From: Eledone cirrhosa
Taxonomy: Eukaryota
Assembly (NCBI GenBank): GCA_964016885.1
Contig: OZ024764.1
Span: 14,694,001-14,758,000, forward strand
DNA length: 64,000 bases
Reading direction: 5' to 3'
Under the pieces are notes generated by a model. The model made no database searches, was not told where the DNA came from, and saw only the letters and a program-made list of their open reading frames with translations. This document shows, in pieces, positions 13,500-29,600 of the stretch. Position numbers and translations under genes: made by a program. Within the stretch, counting starts at the first letter, position 1. Every line of letters starts with the position of its first letter.

Positions 13500-13891
13500 A
13501 TATGTAAGGACAGTGACACCTGCTGCAACAGGCATCCAACCTCGTGGGACTCCATCCTCAGACGGGCCACAGCAACTGCGATGTTGCGGAGGAGCTCGGC
13601 TGTAATGGGTCCAAGTTGGCCCGAGGTCTCGACGGCGGCTGGTGCTTAGAAGAGGCTCCAGGACAAACACCGGAATTTGTTTATTTTATGTTCATCTGCG
13701 AGACGGGCAGCGATGCTGGGGTTTGTGGATCTACCTCCTTCGAATGGGAAGAGGGTGATTCCCTCGGGGTGCTTGCCATCTCCGCGGCCTAGGCCTGCTG
13801 GCTCCAGTTGAGATGGAAATTCAGCTGCGTCCAGGCTTCTTCTCACTATGTCGTTGAGAGCATTTATGTGGCTCACACACGCGGAGGCCAA
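13500..13891 (-). pseudogene. CRE-clade restriction-like endonuclease fragment (also 1578-1662 and 47250-47480 on +)
   Basis: [48 protein letters not shown], matching the EPxGLxRxDGKRPDG motif. Confidence 0.85.
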
Positions 13892-16800
13892 GGCGTTGGG
13901 CTACTCCGATGCGAGTTCAATCATCATCAAGAATTTATTTGAATTGAAAGGTCACGAAACTAATATAGGAGTGTCATTTAAAAATAAGGTAAACAGAAAT
14001 AGTTACACCGGTAACACAATTACTGTTACACCGGTAGTTCACTAACAAATCATTTCACGTTCCTCTCTAACAGGTAATGTTTTAATTTGCTCTCCATGTT
14101 GGGGAGTAACTGTAGTTTGGCTTGCTAGGGGTCATACATCTTCATACACACACACACATACTATATATATATATACAAAGGAAAGGAAGATAAACAAATA
14201 TCAGAGGATTTGACCGGCATCTTCCTCTTGGCACCTGTAGCCACCATGACGTATAAGTATAAATATATATATATATATATATACATATCTATCTATCTAT
14301 ATATATATCATCATTTTCATTTTGCGTCTGCTTTTCCCTGTTTGCAAGGGTGGGACATATATATATATATCATCATCACTATACATCCACTTTTCCCCGC
14401 TTGGCAGCACCTACGAGAAGTTTGTTTTGATCATCGCTGCATCGTAGCTTTGTTTAAATAAAGGGTTTCTACTTTATATTACAGTAATAATACTTTCAGA
14501 ATACTCGGATTGCTTTTATATTAAAGGGGAACATAAACATATTTTAGAGGAGGGGTGTGGAACAGAAAAGTTTGGGGACCACTGATACACACATACATTT
14601 ATTTACTATATATATAATATATACATATATATATATGTCTGTGTGTGTATACTATATATATATATATGTACAGGGAGGTCGAAGCATTTCGGAATTTTTC
14701 TAGGCGGGGGGGGGGGGTGCAAATCCCCCTCTTTATATCAATTAGCACTAACTCTCTCCCTCTCTATATCTACTACACGGCACTCTCTTCCAATACCCCT
14801 CTCTATATGAAGTAACACCAAACTCTCCCCCTCTCTATATATTAAGCACTAAGTCAGGAATTTTTTTCTTCTTTCGTGCAGAGAGAGTAAAGTTGATTAA
14901 ATCTACTGCAGTGAATTACTGGTATTTTATTTAATAAAAATTAAAATTTACTATTTGTCTTCGTTTAATTTTCGTTTTTCTTTACATAGTTTCGTTTCGT
15001 TAAATGTCTCCAGAATTTGTTTTTACTTTTACCGGATATTGAAGGTGTAAACTTGGTGTTGTCTAGAAACGTGTTAGAAATATTTTTCTTTTAATTGTGT
15101 AGAATTTAACCGCAAAGTAAGTTTTTTTTACTGTTTATTTGTGGCTGGGACAACGTATGGTATGTGTTAATGTAAATGGTGAAGGTTTAAAGATTCTTTT
15201 TACAACTGAAAATCAGTTTGTTGTTGCTGCTAATTACTTAACGCATGGAATAGATTTAAAAAATACAGGATTATTTCTCGGAAGAGAGAAAGAAGAAACA
15301 AAACAAATCACAGAAGCGGGTAGCACACACATTTGGGACCACATACAACACAAAAACAGGTAATCCACACATCAGGGACCACATACAACACACCAGCAGG
15401 TAATACATACATCTAGGACCACATAAGCAGGTAATACACACATCTAGGACCACATACAACACACAAGCAGGTAATACACACATCTAGGACCACATACAAC
15501 ACACAAGCAGGTAATACACACATCTAGGACCACATACAACACACAAGCAGGTAATACACACATCTAGGACCACATACAACACACAAGCAGGTAATACACA
15601 CATCTAGGACCACATACAACACACAAGCAGGTAATACACACATCTAGGACGACATACAACCAAAGGCAGGCGAAAGGGGTGGACAAACGAGCTGCTACTA
15701 GAGCAAAAGATAACAGTATCGCGAGGAGCACTGGGAAACCTCTCTAATGATTTTTTAAGCAAGCCAGCACGTCTGCAGCGTTACCTCGGGCGATGGCGAG
15801 GCTGAGGAGCTGGAACAACCAAGTGCCCTCACGAGCTTCACCAGTCACCTTCATCAGGCTAGCCGCCAGTGAAGATAGGAATCTCGCAGTCAGTATCCCG
15901 ACTCCCCCAAACGCCACAGGTTGGAAAATGTAGTTGGCCGACAGATCACAGTATTACTTAACAGTGATAGATATTCTGTCTAAAGGAGGGGCGTGCAACA
16001 GGCGGCCCGCGGGGCCACAATCGAGCCCACCTGACCAGTCAGAGTGGCCCGCAATGACTGTTGTAGGCTTATTTAGAATTTTTTCCATACCCGTAATACT
16101 TCTGTTAGTTGACCTATACTAAAGGACTTCACTGATAGGGATATATGTGTTATAGTTTCCCAGTTGACCTATACTAAAGGACTTCACTGATAGGGTTATA
16201 TGTGTTATAGTTTCCCAGGTGACCTATACTAAAGGACTTCACTGATAGGGTTATATGTGTTATAGTTTCCCAGTTGACCTATACTAAAGGACTTCACTGA
16301 TAGGGTTATATGTGTTATAGTTTCCCAGTTGACCTATACTAAAGGACTTCACTGATAGAGTTATATGTGTTATAGTTTCCCAGTTGACCTATACTAAAGG
16401 ACTTCACTGATAGGGTTATATGTGTTATAGTTTCCCAGTTGACCTATACTAAAGGACTTCACTGATAGGGTTATATGTGTTATAGTTTCCCAGTTGACCT
16501 ATACTAAAGGACTTCACTGATAGGGTTATATGTGTTATAGTTTCCCAGTTGACCTATACTAAAGGACTTCACTGATAGAGTTATATGTGTTATAGTTTCC
16601 CAGTTGACCTATACTAAAGGACTTCACTGATAGGGTTATATGTGTTATAGTTTCCCAGTTGACCTATACTAAAGGACTTCACTGATAGGGTTATATGTGT
16701 TATAGTTTCCCAGTTGACCTATACTAAAGGACTTCACTGATAGGGTTATATGTGTTATAGTTTCCCAGTTGACCTATACTAAAGGACTTCACTGATAGGG

Positions 16801-17553
16801 TTATATGTGTTATAGTTTCCCAGTTGACCTATACTAAAGGACTTCACTGATAGGGTTATATGTGTTATAGTTTCCCAGTTGACCTATACTAAAGGACTTC
16901 ACTGATAGGGTTATATGTGTTATAGTTTCCCAGTTGACCTATACTAAAGGGCTTCACTGATAGAGTTATATGTGTTATAGTTTGAAACAAACTACCCGTA
17001 TCAGTTATTATACTTTTATAACACCGCTATATTACCTACATGAAAGAGGTAAATATTTATTTCTCTTGTCTTCTTAAATGTATAGAACATTTTTCTTATA
17101 TATATTCTTAACATAGCTAGGACCGTTTATTATTTACTAGTCTCTACTCCTAGGACTTTGCTGGTCTCATGTCCCCTCCATCAACACACACTCGGTAGAA
17201 AGCTGGTCGTCGGAGGTAAAGTGGCCCTGATTACAGGTCTAGTATTGAAGCCTTTCGGCTTGAGCCTTGCTGATGCCAACAGAGTTCCTGTGGTAGTTTT
17301 GGTAGCACAGGTGACATTTTATTGTGTTTAGGTACCGGCTAGTGCAGACACAGAGCACAACCAGGTGGTGAGCTGGCAACGACCAAGTGTAGAGGGCCAG
17401 CTTTGAAATTCGAGCGACGGAGTGAACTAGTAAAAGAGGCAGGGTAAGCAGCATTGGTTCTAACGGTGGGACTAGAACAGAGGTTGGGTGGTGCTGGGGG
17501 TGGGCTAACAGCTAACAGTTGTAGGAGTGGTGGGGGTTTGGTAGGATTAATTT

Positions 17554-19167
17554 TTACATCTGTCTGTGAACTCTTGAAAAAGCAACATACAATTGTCCAG
17601 GTTTAAATACTTGCTCAGGGAGGAACAGACCCACTTTATCATGTATTTGACCATGGTTCGTGTTGATTGTCATGGCATATGACAGTCTTAATGGAAACTG
17701 GGGTCTTTCCAAAGTAAAAGGGATGTTGGCACCACTGGGGGATAACTTCAGTCTTGGGATCAAAACACACCTGCCCATCAAAGGACCATAGATATGAGAA
17801 GCTTTGATAAAATGTTTATGCAGTTCTACTTCTAATCTTGTGCCATTACATAATCTGTTCTGGATTGAAATATTCCATAGAAGCATTATTATTGATCCTG
17901 CTTATAATTGGAGTTTGTGAGGCAGCATCCCAGAAGGTGTAAGCAAGTTCATTTAGCTTGAACCAGGCAGCAAGGGTCCCTGCATTTCTACCACAACCTG
18001 AGCATTGCCTCTTTGAAAGTAAACTCTGTTTGTTCTCCAGGTGTGTGGCTAGGCTGTATACTGTATGTGATGTACCATGAAGCTTAAATTCCGAGAGACA
18101 CGACACTGCTTCTGGCTGAGACACATACCTGCAACAAAGATAGGTTCTTATTTCATCATGGTTGTGTTGGTTCTGAGCCTCATTAGGTAATGAATTATTC
18201 GTTACTTCTATAGATGTACAATCATGCCCCATGTAACATATTTAAAGAGGTACTTGACACTTTTTACAGAAGCGCAAACTTCAACATTAATATGTGCACA
18301 ATATTTCTTAAGCAAAAAGGCATTAAATGGCACAACATTCCTGTTATCTACTGAATGTCATCCAATTTACACTGCAGTTCCTGTCTTGCACCTCCTGTAC
18401 TCTGGGTATCCATTTAGGTTCAATAATGTTTCCCTTCTGTAGGTTTTTGGATAGTTCTTTTGGAAAAATCCATTTTGTATAAATGGGAGAAAAGGGTTTC
18501 CAGAACCACATGGCCTGTGGATCATAAACTTTTAAACCTGCTCATGTAGTACTGGATCATCTTCCAATGCAGGTATTTCTGCTGACACGATTCTGTCAAT
18601 GTCTTCTCTGTTTCTTATCTTGTCTTCATTTTTTAAGGCTCAGTGTTATCATCTGTTTAGATAATTCATTAAACCATTATACTCATCCACTCACAATTGG
18701 GCTTGATTGTTCTTCAAATATTGAAGCCTGCATCCCTCTACTTTCATATAGGCATCCACTAAATACTGCTAAAATAATTTACCTGCCCTATATATCGCAC
18801 TAAATCATCCTCTATATGCTATACAGTATATGTAATACTCCTGCATTGTCAGTCTATTGCAAACACAGGTCCTGCATTCCTCTCCATGGCACTATGCCAC
18901 CAAAATTCACCATTATCGGTCGGTCTTGAGGTCCAAGTGGCATGAATTATGTGGTATTTTCTGAGGAGGATGGACTTTAGGAAAGATGATAATATCTCTT
19001 TGTACAGGTGGTCTGCCCTCAATCCCCCACAAAACAACAGCTATCATTACTAGTTGGTAAATTAGAGCAGCTCATATCTGATCCTCTTCTAAATCTTAAT
19101 TCACAGTTCTGTACACAACAATTTTCTCTTCTTGCACTTTGCTGTTTGAGATGAAACAAGATAGCAA
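17554..19167 (-). pseudogene. Helitron Rep/helicase remnant, copy 2
   Basis: Near-identical to 4504-6120. Confidence 0.92.
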
Positions 19168-21254
19168 TGTCCATAACATTACATGTCAGAATTATTAGCC
19201 ACAGGGGCAGAGATGTCCATAACATTACATGACAGATTTATTAGCCACAGGGGCAGAGATGTCCATAACATTACATGACAGAATTATTAGCCACAGGGGC
19301 AGAGATGTCCATAACATTACATGACAGATTTATTAGCCACAGGGGCAGAGATGTCCATAACATTACATGACAGAATTATTAGCCACAGGGGCAGAGATGT
19401 CCATAACATTACATGACAGATTTATTAGCCACAGGAGCAGAGATGTCCATAACATTACATGACAGAATTATTAGCCACAGGGGCAGAGATGTCCATAACA
19501 TTACATGACAGAATTATTAGCCACAGGGGCAGAGATGTCCATAACATTACATGACAGATTTATTAGCCACAGGGGCAGAGATGTCCATAACATTACATGA
19601 CAGAATTATTAGCCACAGGGGCAGAGATGTCCATAACATTACATGACAGATTTATTAGCCACAGGGGCAGAGATGTCCATAACATTACATGACAGATTTA
19701 TTAGCCACAGGGGCAGAGATGTCCATAACATTACATGACAGAATTATTAGCCACAGGGGCAGAGATGTCCATAACATTACATGACAGATTTATTAGCCAC
19801 AGGGGCAGAGATGTCCATAACATTACATGACAGATTTATTAGCCACAGGGGCAGAGATGTCCATAACATTACATGACAGAATTATTAGCCACAGGGGCAG
19901 AGATGTCCATAACATTACATGACAGATTTATTAGCCACAGGGGCAGAGATGTCCATAACATTACATGACAGAGTTTCATCTCGCGCTCTCTCTCTCTCGT
20001 TTCATCTCGCTCTCTCTCTCTCTCGTTTCATCTCTGTCTTCCTCTCTCTCATTTCATCTCTGTCTTCCTCTCTCTCGTTCCATCTCTCTCTTCCTCTCTC
20101 TCGTTCCATCTCTCTCTTCCTCTCTCTCGTTTCATCTCTATTTCTCTCTCTCGTTTCATCTGTCTCTCTCTCTGTCGTTTCATCTCCCTCTATCTCTCTC
20201 TCGCTCTCTCGTTTCATCTTTCTCTCCCTCTCGTTTCATCTCGCTCTCTCTCTCCTGTTTCATCTCGCACTCTCTCTCCTGTTTCATCTCGCTCTCTACT
20301 CTCGTTTCCTCTCTCTCTCATTTCATCTCGCTCTCACTCTCTCTCATTTCATCTCGCTCTCTCTCTCTCTCGTTTCATCTCGCTCTCTCTCTCTCATTTC
20401 ATCTCGCTCTCACTCTCTCTCATTTCATCTCGCTCTCTCTCTCTCATTTCATCTCGCTCTCACTCTCTCTCATTTCATCTCGCTCTCACTCTCTCATTTC
20501 ATCTCGCTCTCACTCTCCCTCATTTGATCTCGCTCTCTCTCTCTCTCGTTTCATCTCGCTCTCTCTCTCTCATTTCATCTCGCTCTCACTCTCTCTCATT
20601 TCATCTCGCTCTCTCTCTCTCTCTCGTTTCATCTCGCTCTCTCTCTCTCATTTCATCTCGCTCTCCCTCTCTCTCGTTTCATCTCGCTCTCTCTCTCTCG
20701 TTTCATCTCGCTCTCTCTCTCTCATTTCATCTCGCTCTCACTCTCTCTCATTTCATCTCGCTCTCTCTCTCTCATTTCATCTCACTCTCACTCTCTCTCA
20801 TTTCATCTCGCTCTCACTCTCTCATTTCATATCGCTCTCACTCTCCCTCATTTGATCTCGCTCTCTCTCTCTCTCGTTTCATCTCGCTCTCTCTCTCTCA
20901 TTTCATCTCGCTCTCACTCTCTCTCATTTCATCTCGCTCTCACTCTCTCATTTCATCTCGCTCTCTCTCTCTCTCTCTCTCGTTTCATCTCGCTCTCTCT
21001 GTCTCATTTCATCTCGCTCTCCCTCTCTCTCGTTTCATCTCGCTCTCTCTCTCTCGTTTCATCTCGCTCTCTCTGTCTCATTTCATCTCGCTCTCTCTCT
21101 CTCTCATTTCATCTCGCTCTCACTCTCTCATTTCATCTCGCTCTCACTCTCTCATTTCATCTCGCTCTCTCTCTCTCGTTCCATCTCGCTCTCTCTCTCT
21201 CTCTTGTTTCAACACTCTAATCCCTCACTTGTTTCATCTCTCTCTTGTTTCAAT

Positions 21255-21308
<54 letters not shown>

Positions 21309-22912
21309 CTCTCTCTTTCTCTCCCCTCTCTCTCTTGTTTCATCCCTCACCCTCTTGTTTCATCCCCCTCTCCCTCTTCCTCTCTCTCTCTTCCTCTATC
21401 TCTCTCTTCCTCTCTCTCTCTCTTCCTCTCTCTCTCTCTCTTCCCCTCTCTCTCTCTTTCACACTCTATCTCCGACTCGTTTCATCACTCTCTCCCCTCA
21501 CCCTCTTGTTTCAACTCTCTCCTCGTTTCAACTCTCTCCTCTCTTGTTTCAACTCTCTCACCTCTCGTTTCAACTCTCTCTCTCTGTGTCTCCAATGTGT
21601 AATAAACCGTGACTCATATATATATACCGAAGAATGTACATAAACACATACATACACGCATGTGTATATATATATACATACATACATGTGTCTCTCTCTC
21701 TCCCTATATATATGTACATATGTGTAAATATGTACATACATATTAGTGTATATATATTGCTATCTATATGCATATTTGTATAATTATACTGTATGGTGAA
21801 TTGGCAGTATCGGTAGAGGGTCTGACGCCATGCTTTCCAGCATAGTTACGTCCCTTTACGATCCGAGGTTAACTTTGCCTTTCATCCTTACGGGGTCGAT
21901 AAAATAAAGTACCAGTAATGTACTGGTTAATTACTGACCTTGTGCCTAAAATAGAAACAATTATTAGTTCAAAGAGAAACCACCATCCTACCTGAAATAT
22001 TATGTTATCATATTAAATATTTCTTATACTGTCATGTTTTTTCTTTAAAACGATTGCATCTCAATAAAGTGAAGAAAACTATTATATACTGTTGTTATAT
22101 CATTATACTTTAGTTTTAACTTATTATTTCTATGTGTATAAATATAATGTATGTAAGTGTGTTTGAAAATATATAATAATAATATGCATGTTTGAAGCAG
22201 GGTTCAACTGAAATATCTATATGAAGCAGGGTTCAACTGAAATATCTATAGGTTGACTTTGTTTTCATCCTTATGAGGTCGATAGAATAAAGTACCAGTA
22301 ATTGCTGGCCTTGTGCCAGAAACAATTATTTGGTTGTACTTCCAATCTGTGCTACACACCTTCGTTCCCATCAATAATATATAACTGGCCATATTGTGGT
22401 GTATTTTCTGCAGGTTACAGAGATGGGGGTGTATTGATATGTTTGACCCTGAATATGAAATCTATACGGGCCTCTGCCGGGTGGTAACACCAAATGAAGT
22501 GAAATAAATGTAGTTTTAATTGCAGATGTTTCTGTGAAATCAACTGCTTCCTGGTCTCTTTCAAAGAGATTTCTCAGTCTCTCAGGGTATATTTGCAATG
22601 GTGGCAACACAACCTTTCCTTTATTACAACAGTTACAATTTTCATTTCTAAATTTCAAAGCTCCACAGTGATCACACGAAACATTCATATCACTAATATG
22701 AAATTCTTCTACATTTCCATTAATATTAATTGTTGGCCAATTTCTCTTACGACGCTCATTATCCATTCTTCTCTGTCTGAATGTTTTCCATTCTAAGTCT
22801 ATTTGCATGGAATAATTATATTCTGTTGTTTATTATGTAATTAAATAGCTCTGTACAATACATAGAGCATTCTTCTTTTCTTTACCTTTTCTATGGAAAT
22901 ACAAGAACAAAC

Positions 22913-22944
<32 letters not shown>

Positions 22945-24979
22945 ATATACATAAACAAGACTGTTATTGCTCCAACCAGTCTATTTACCTTTGATAACTA
23001 TCCTAAATATAAATACACCTATACCATACATACATATATCATATATGTTTTTGATGCCGTGGTATAGCAGAGATAAGCAAGAAGAGAAAAGAAAATGAAA
23101 AGGAGAAAAAGAAAGAAGTAAGAAGTCGGGGGAGGGACAGACACTTCACCCCAGTCTAAGTGGTCCCTCAGCCGCAACCTGTGGAAGAAACGTAAAAGCG
23201 TTACCTCGGAGCAAGGCCAGAGACACCTGCTACAATAGTCGCCCCTCCTCATGAGGCTCCTGTCATCTTTCCTCCCGACTTTATGGAGGAAATCAGCAGT
23301 ACAGGGACCAAGTATGGCAGAGGTCTCAATGGAGTGGAAGAGGTGAGTCAGGCCTTGGTACTATCTTACTATCCTCTGCATTGCGGGGTGTGGAGCCTAG
23401 GTTTGTGGCTGTAGCTATATTTGAACTTTTATATGAAATTTCAGTTTTATTTTTTTCACATCATAAAACTTAATCTTAGTCTTTTGCAGCTCATCTTGTT
23501 TCATCTCGCAGCAAACGATTTGGGAACCACTGCTCTAGAGATAGAAAAAGTATATTTTATGCAGGGCTTCCCTGAGACATAAAAACTATTTCAAGAGATC
23601 GACATGGGTAGAAAGGTTGAGAAATGCTGCACAATGTTCTTTGGTTTTTGTTCACCTTTAAATAATCATGTATAAAATATCGGGTGTGCAAGATTTCATG
23701 AAAAGGTATAACATTATTTATGCTGGTCTTGCAGGGACTAGCTCCAATTGAGAGTTGTACCAATTCCCACTAAACTCGAAACTCCTGGACAATATATACA
23801 TATCTTTATAAGTTCCTGTGTATTGTGTCGCTGTATAATGAAACATAAATATATACCATGCATGTCAGTCAGATTTGAACTCACTATATTTGGCGTTTTA
23901 TAGATGTAATTTGTTTGTTAAAAGAATTGATTAAATAATAACTAAATAAAATTAATTCTACAATCCTGGATAGGGAATGAACTTATAACTTCATAATAGA
24001 AGCCATCTATTCGAGCAGTATTGCCATCTAAGCCACCAGGTTACTTACAGAACTTCATTCAAATATAAAATATAAAATATATGCCAGACATAGTGAGTTC
24101 GAATCTGACTGATTAGTTGGTCATTGTCCCAGCCAACAGTTTAAATCGCCAACCAGTAGGTGACATCGACTAGGTTGGGAAAACTTGGTTAAGTAGCTCC
24201 AGTTATTGCTACGTTAGACATATTCAAGACTTATCGACACCGAATGGAAGAAAGGTAAAGTTGAACTCAGAGTAAAGAACTGGAAAAATACTGCAAAGAA
24301 TTCTATCTGATGTTCTAACAATTCTACCAAATTACCTTATGTATATATATTTATATCTAGAGATAAGAAGAAAACTGAAAGAAAGAAAAAAAAAAAAATG
24401 AAACCTTATATGTAACCCATGACCAGGATTGAAACCGAAACCAGGACTACCACCATCTCTGGTATCACCCACCAGACCACCATGAAAGATACAAAAATCT
24501 GCTTTTTTAATATTTATAAGCCTACTTTCAATATTAAAGTAATTAACATGTGGTGTTGTTCATGCCTTTCTCTATGTTATTGGTAAAAAATAAAGTATTT
24601 AAACCTCAAATTTTGTTATTCAAATATGCTTGCTTATCTAATTATAAATGTCGCAGAATACACACACATATATAGATGTGAAAATATTCAGGACCCCAAC
24701 GGCTGTGCTACTGCCGTTTCGACATCTATATATATATCTTTTAGTCCTAGGCTCTTTCAGCGCAGAAAGAATTCTCCAATGATCTCAACCAGCTAATGGT
24801 GCCCAGTGGAAGCACTTTAGTCTAATTATAACCCCAACGATCACGATTAGCGGCGGCTTTTTCGAGTCTGAGGTTGACTGCCAGATATATATATATATCT
24901 ATATATATATATTTTTATACTTTGCTAGAATCCCGGAGAACAACAGAAAGATGCTGAGTTCAGAGTTTAAAAAACATGT

Positions 24980-25666
24980 CCCCCTTTAATATAAAAACAA
25001 TCCGAGTCTTGTAAAAGTGTTATTACTGTAATATAAAGTAGAAACCCTTTATTTAAACAAAGCTGCGATGCAGCGATCATCAAAGCAAACCCCAAAATGT
25101 AAACAAACTTCTCGCAGGTGCTGCCAGATACACGATAACATGTGTATACGAAGTGTATCTGGAAGCTTGGTCGTATTATATGAATTTCAAATTGACCCCT
25201 ATTATATTCAAATTATACCCTGTGGGGCGTGCACCCCACGTTGAGAATCCCTCATAAATAAATATATGTGAGTGTGTTGCTATGACTGCTATTTCTAGCA
25301 GGTTTACTGCAGTCCTGTAGACGCACAACAAAAACCGGAAGTGGCAGCCATTAAAAAACTTTGGCTTAAAATCAGCCAAAAGATTTTCAATAATAGTAAA
25401 ATTTTATTTTTGACAAGGACGATAACTTTTGTCTTACTTAATCGCAAAAATCGAGGCAAAAATTTTGAGGGTGTGCAGTTTACACGCTAAAAATAAACCT
25501 GCTAGAAATAGCAGTCATAGCAACTCACATATATTTATATATCATATATATATATATATATGATATATATATGGACACTTTAGAAATAGCAGCGAATAAC
25601 AGAAAGGACACACACACACACACATATATATATATACACACACACACATATATATATATGCCCCAG

Positions 25667-25714
<48 letters not shown>

Positions 25715-26698
25715 TATATATATATGCCCCAGCATACACACACACACACACATATATATAGATATATATATGCCCCAGCATGGTCTTGGACGATCGTCTA
25801 ACTAAGGCCAATAATAAAATACTTCAAAATAAATTAAACACCCCTAAATCCGGGGTTACAACTTGGATTACTTAAAAGTCAGTAAAGCTGTAAAGATTCT
25901 ATATTGTAAATAGGTGGTCGCATGTTCAAATCCCGAGAAAAATAACAAAAAGAAGGACAATGTAAAAATAGCAGCCATAGACGAGGGGAGGACACACACA
26001 CAAACACACACATATACAGACACATGTATATATATATATGTGTTTGGCTGCTATATATATATATAGCGGTCAACACACACACACGTACATATATAAGTGT
26101 GTGTGTTTGGCTGATATATATATATATATATATATATGATATATAAATATATGTGAGTTGCTATGACTGCTATTTCTAGCAGGTTTATTTTAGCGTGTAA
26201 ACTGCACACCCGCAAAATTTTTGCCTCGATTTTTGCGATTAAGTAAGACAAAAGTTATCGTCCTTGTCAAAAATAAAATTTTACTATTATTAAAAATCTT
26301 TTGGCTGATTTTAAGCCAAAGTTTTTTAATGGCTGCCACTTCCGGTTTTTGTTGTGCGTCTACAGGACAGCCAGAAACCTACTAGAAATAGCAGTCATAA
26401 CAACACACTTATGTATATTTATATATCAGGGATTCTCAACGAAGGGTACACGCCCCACAGGGGGCCATTTGAATTTAATAGGGGCCAATTAGAAAGTGAT
26501 ATAATACGACCAAACTTCCAGTTACACTTTGTTCACATGTTATCGTGTATCTGGCAGCAGCTACGAGAAGTTTGTTTATATTTTGAAGTTTGTTTTGATC
26601 ATCGCGGCATCGTAGCTTTGTTTAATTAAAGCATTTCTACTTTATATTACAGTAGTAACACTTTTACAAGACTCGGTTTATTTCTATATTAAAGGGGA
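24980..26698. mobile_element. Foldback element with ~560 bp arms and ~600 bp spacer, followed by a second truncated foldback at 26790-27754
   Basis: 24980-25545 is inverted at 26135-26698. Confidence 0.75.
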
Positions 26699-29600
26699 AC
26701 ATAAACCTAATTTTTAAACGTTGAGGTGGGGCATGGAGCAAAAAAGGTTTGGAACTACTGAAGACAACAAATCATCGTTTTTATTAATGTAAACAAACTT
26801 CTCGCAGGTGCTGTCAGATACACGATAACATGTGTATACGAAGTGTAACAGGGAGTTGGGTCGTATTATATGACTTTCAAATTGACCCCTATTATATTCA
26901 AATTATCCCCTGTGGGGCGTGCACCCCACGTTGAGAATCCCTCATAAATAAATATATGTGAGTGTGTTGCTATGACTGCTATTTCTAGCAGGTTTACTGC
27001 AGTCCTGTAGACGCACAACAAAAACCGGAAGTGGCAGCCATTAAAAAACTTTGGCTTAAAATCAGGCAAAAGTTTTTTAACAATTTGCCAAGAAAGATAA
27101 CTCTTGTCTTACTTAATCGCAAAAATCGAGGCAAAAATTTTGCGGGTGTGCAGTTTGTTTGGTGTATTTGACTGCTATTTCTAGCATATGTGGACACTTT
27201 AGAAATAGCAGCGAAAAACGGGAAACATAAGAAAGAAGGACACACACGTATATATATATATATATATAATTATGTATCTGTATATACATATATATATGCA
27301 CAGATATATACATTTAAATATATATATTTATATATACATACACGCGCGCACACACACCTATACGTAGATATGGGTGTGTGTATAGCTGGTATATATATAG
27401 GTGTGTGTCCTTCTTTCTGCTGTTTTCCGTTTTTCGCTGCTATTTCTAAAGTGTCCATACATGCTATAAATAGCAGTCAAATACACCAAACAAACTGCAC
27501 AACCGCAAAATTTTTACCTCGATTTTTGCGATTAAGTAAGACAAGAGTTATCTTTCTTGGCAAATTGTTAAAAAACTTTTGCCTGATTTTAAGCCAAAGT
27601 TTTTTAATGGCTGCCACTTCCGGTTTTTGTTGTGCGTCTACAGGACTGCAGTAAACCTGCTAGAAATAGCAGTCATAGCAACACACTCACATATATTTAT
27701 TTATGAGGGATTCTCAACGTGGGGTGCACGCCCCACAGGGGATAATTTGAATATCCCCCTCTTTATATCAATTAGCACTAACTCTCTCCCTCTCTATATC
27801 TACTACACGGCACTCTCTTCCAATACCCCTCTCTATATCAAGTAACACCAAACTCTCCCCCTCTCTATATATTAAGCACTAAGTCAGGAATTTTTTTCTT
27901 CTTTCGTGCAGAGAGAGTAAAGTTGATTAAATCTACTGCAGTGAATTACTGGTATTTTATGTAATAAAAATTAAAATTTACTATTTGTCTTCGTTTAATT
28001 TTCGTTTTTCTTTACATAGTTTCGTTTCGTTAAATGTCTCCAGAATTTGTTTTTACTTTTACCGGATATTGAAGGTGTAAACTTGGTGTTGTCTAGAAAC
28101 GTGTTAGAAATATTTTTCTTTTAATTGTGAAGAATTTAACCGCAAAGTAAGTTTTTTTTACTGTTTATTTGTGGCTGGGACAACGTATGGTATGTGTTAA
28201 TGTAAATGGTGAAGGTTTAAAGATTCTTTTTACAACTGAAAATCAGTTTGTTGTTGCTGCTAATTACTTAACGCATGGAATAGATTTAAAAAATACACGA
28301 TTGTTTCTCGGAAGAGAGGAAGAAGAAACAAATCACAGAAGCGGGTAGCACACACATTTGGGACCACATACAACACAAAAACAGGTAATCCACACATCTG
28401 GGACCACATACAACACACCAGCAGGTAATACATACATCTAGGACCACATAAGCAGGTAATACACACATCTAGGACCACATACAACACACAAGCAGGTAAT
28501 ACACACATCTAGGACGACATACAACCAAAGGCAGGCGAAAGGGGTGGACAAACGAGCTGCTACTAGAGCAAAAGATAACAGTATCGCGAGGAGCACTGGG
28601 AAACCTCTCTAATGATTTTTTAGGCAAGCCAGCACGTCTGCAGCGTTACCTCGGGCGATGGCGAGGCTGAGGAGCTGGAACAACCAAGTGCCCTCACGAG
28701 CTTCACCAGTCACCTTCGTCAGGCTAGCCGCCAGTGAAGATAAGAATCTCGCAGTCAGTATCCCGACTCCCCCAAACGCCACAGGCTGGAAAATGTAGTT
28801 GGCCGACAGATCACATTATTACTTAACAGTGATAGATATTCTGTCTAAAGGAGGGGCGTACAACAGGCGGCCCGCGGGCCACAATCGAGCCCACCTGACC
28901 AGTCAGAGTGGCCCGCAATGACTGTTGTAGGCTTATTTAGAATTTTTTCCATACCCGTAATACTTCTGTTAGTTGACCTATACTAAAGGACTTCACTGAT
29001 AGGGTTATATGTGTTATAGTTTCCCAGTTGACCTATACTAAAGGACTTCACTGATAGGGTTATATGTGTTATAGTTTCCCAGTTGACCTATACTAAAGGG
29101 CTTCACTGATAGAGTTATATGTGTTATAGTTTCCCAGAGGGCTTCACTGATAGGGTTATATGTGTTATAGTTTCCCAGTTGACCTATACTAAAGGACTTC
29201 ACTGATAGGGTTATATGTGTTATAGTTTCCCAGTTGACCTATACTAAAGGACTTCACTGATAGGGTTATATGTGTTATAGTTTCCCAGTTGACCTATACT
29301 AAAGGACTTCACTGATAGGGTTATATGTGTTATAGTTTCCCAGTTGACCTATACTAAAGGGCTTCACTGATAGAGTTATATGTGTTATAGTTTGAAACAA
29401 ACTACCCGTATCAGTTATTATACTTTTATAACACCGCTATATTACCTACATGAAAGAGGTAAATATTTATTTCTCTTGTCTTCTTAAATGTATAGAACAT
29501 TTTTCTTATATATATTCTTAACATAGCTAGGACCGTTTATTATTTACTAGTCTCTACTCCTAGGACTTTGCTGGTCTCATGTCCCCTCCATCAACACACA

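Noticed and set aside
16108-16983. CRISPR-like regular arrays (55, 46, 40, 34 bp)
   Set aside because: Units are contiguous with no unique spacers, there are no cas genes, and the context is eukaryotic.
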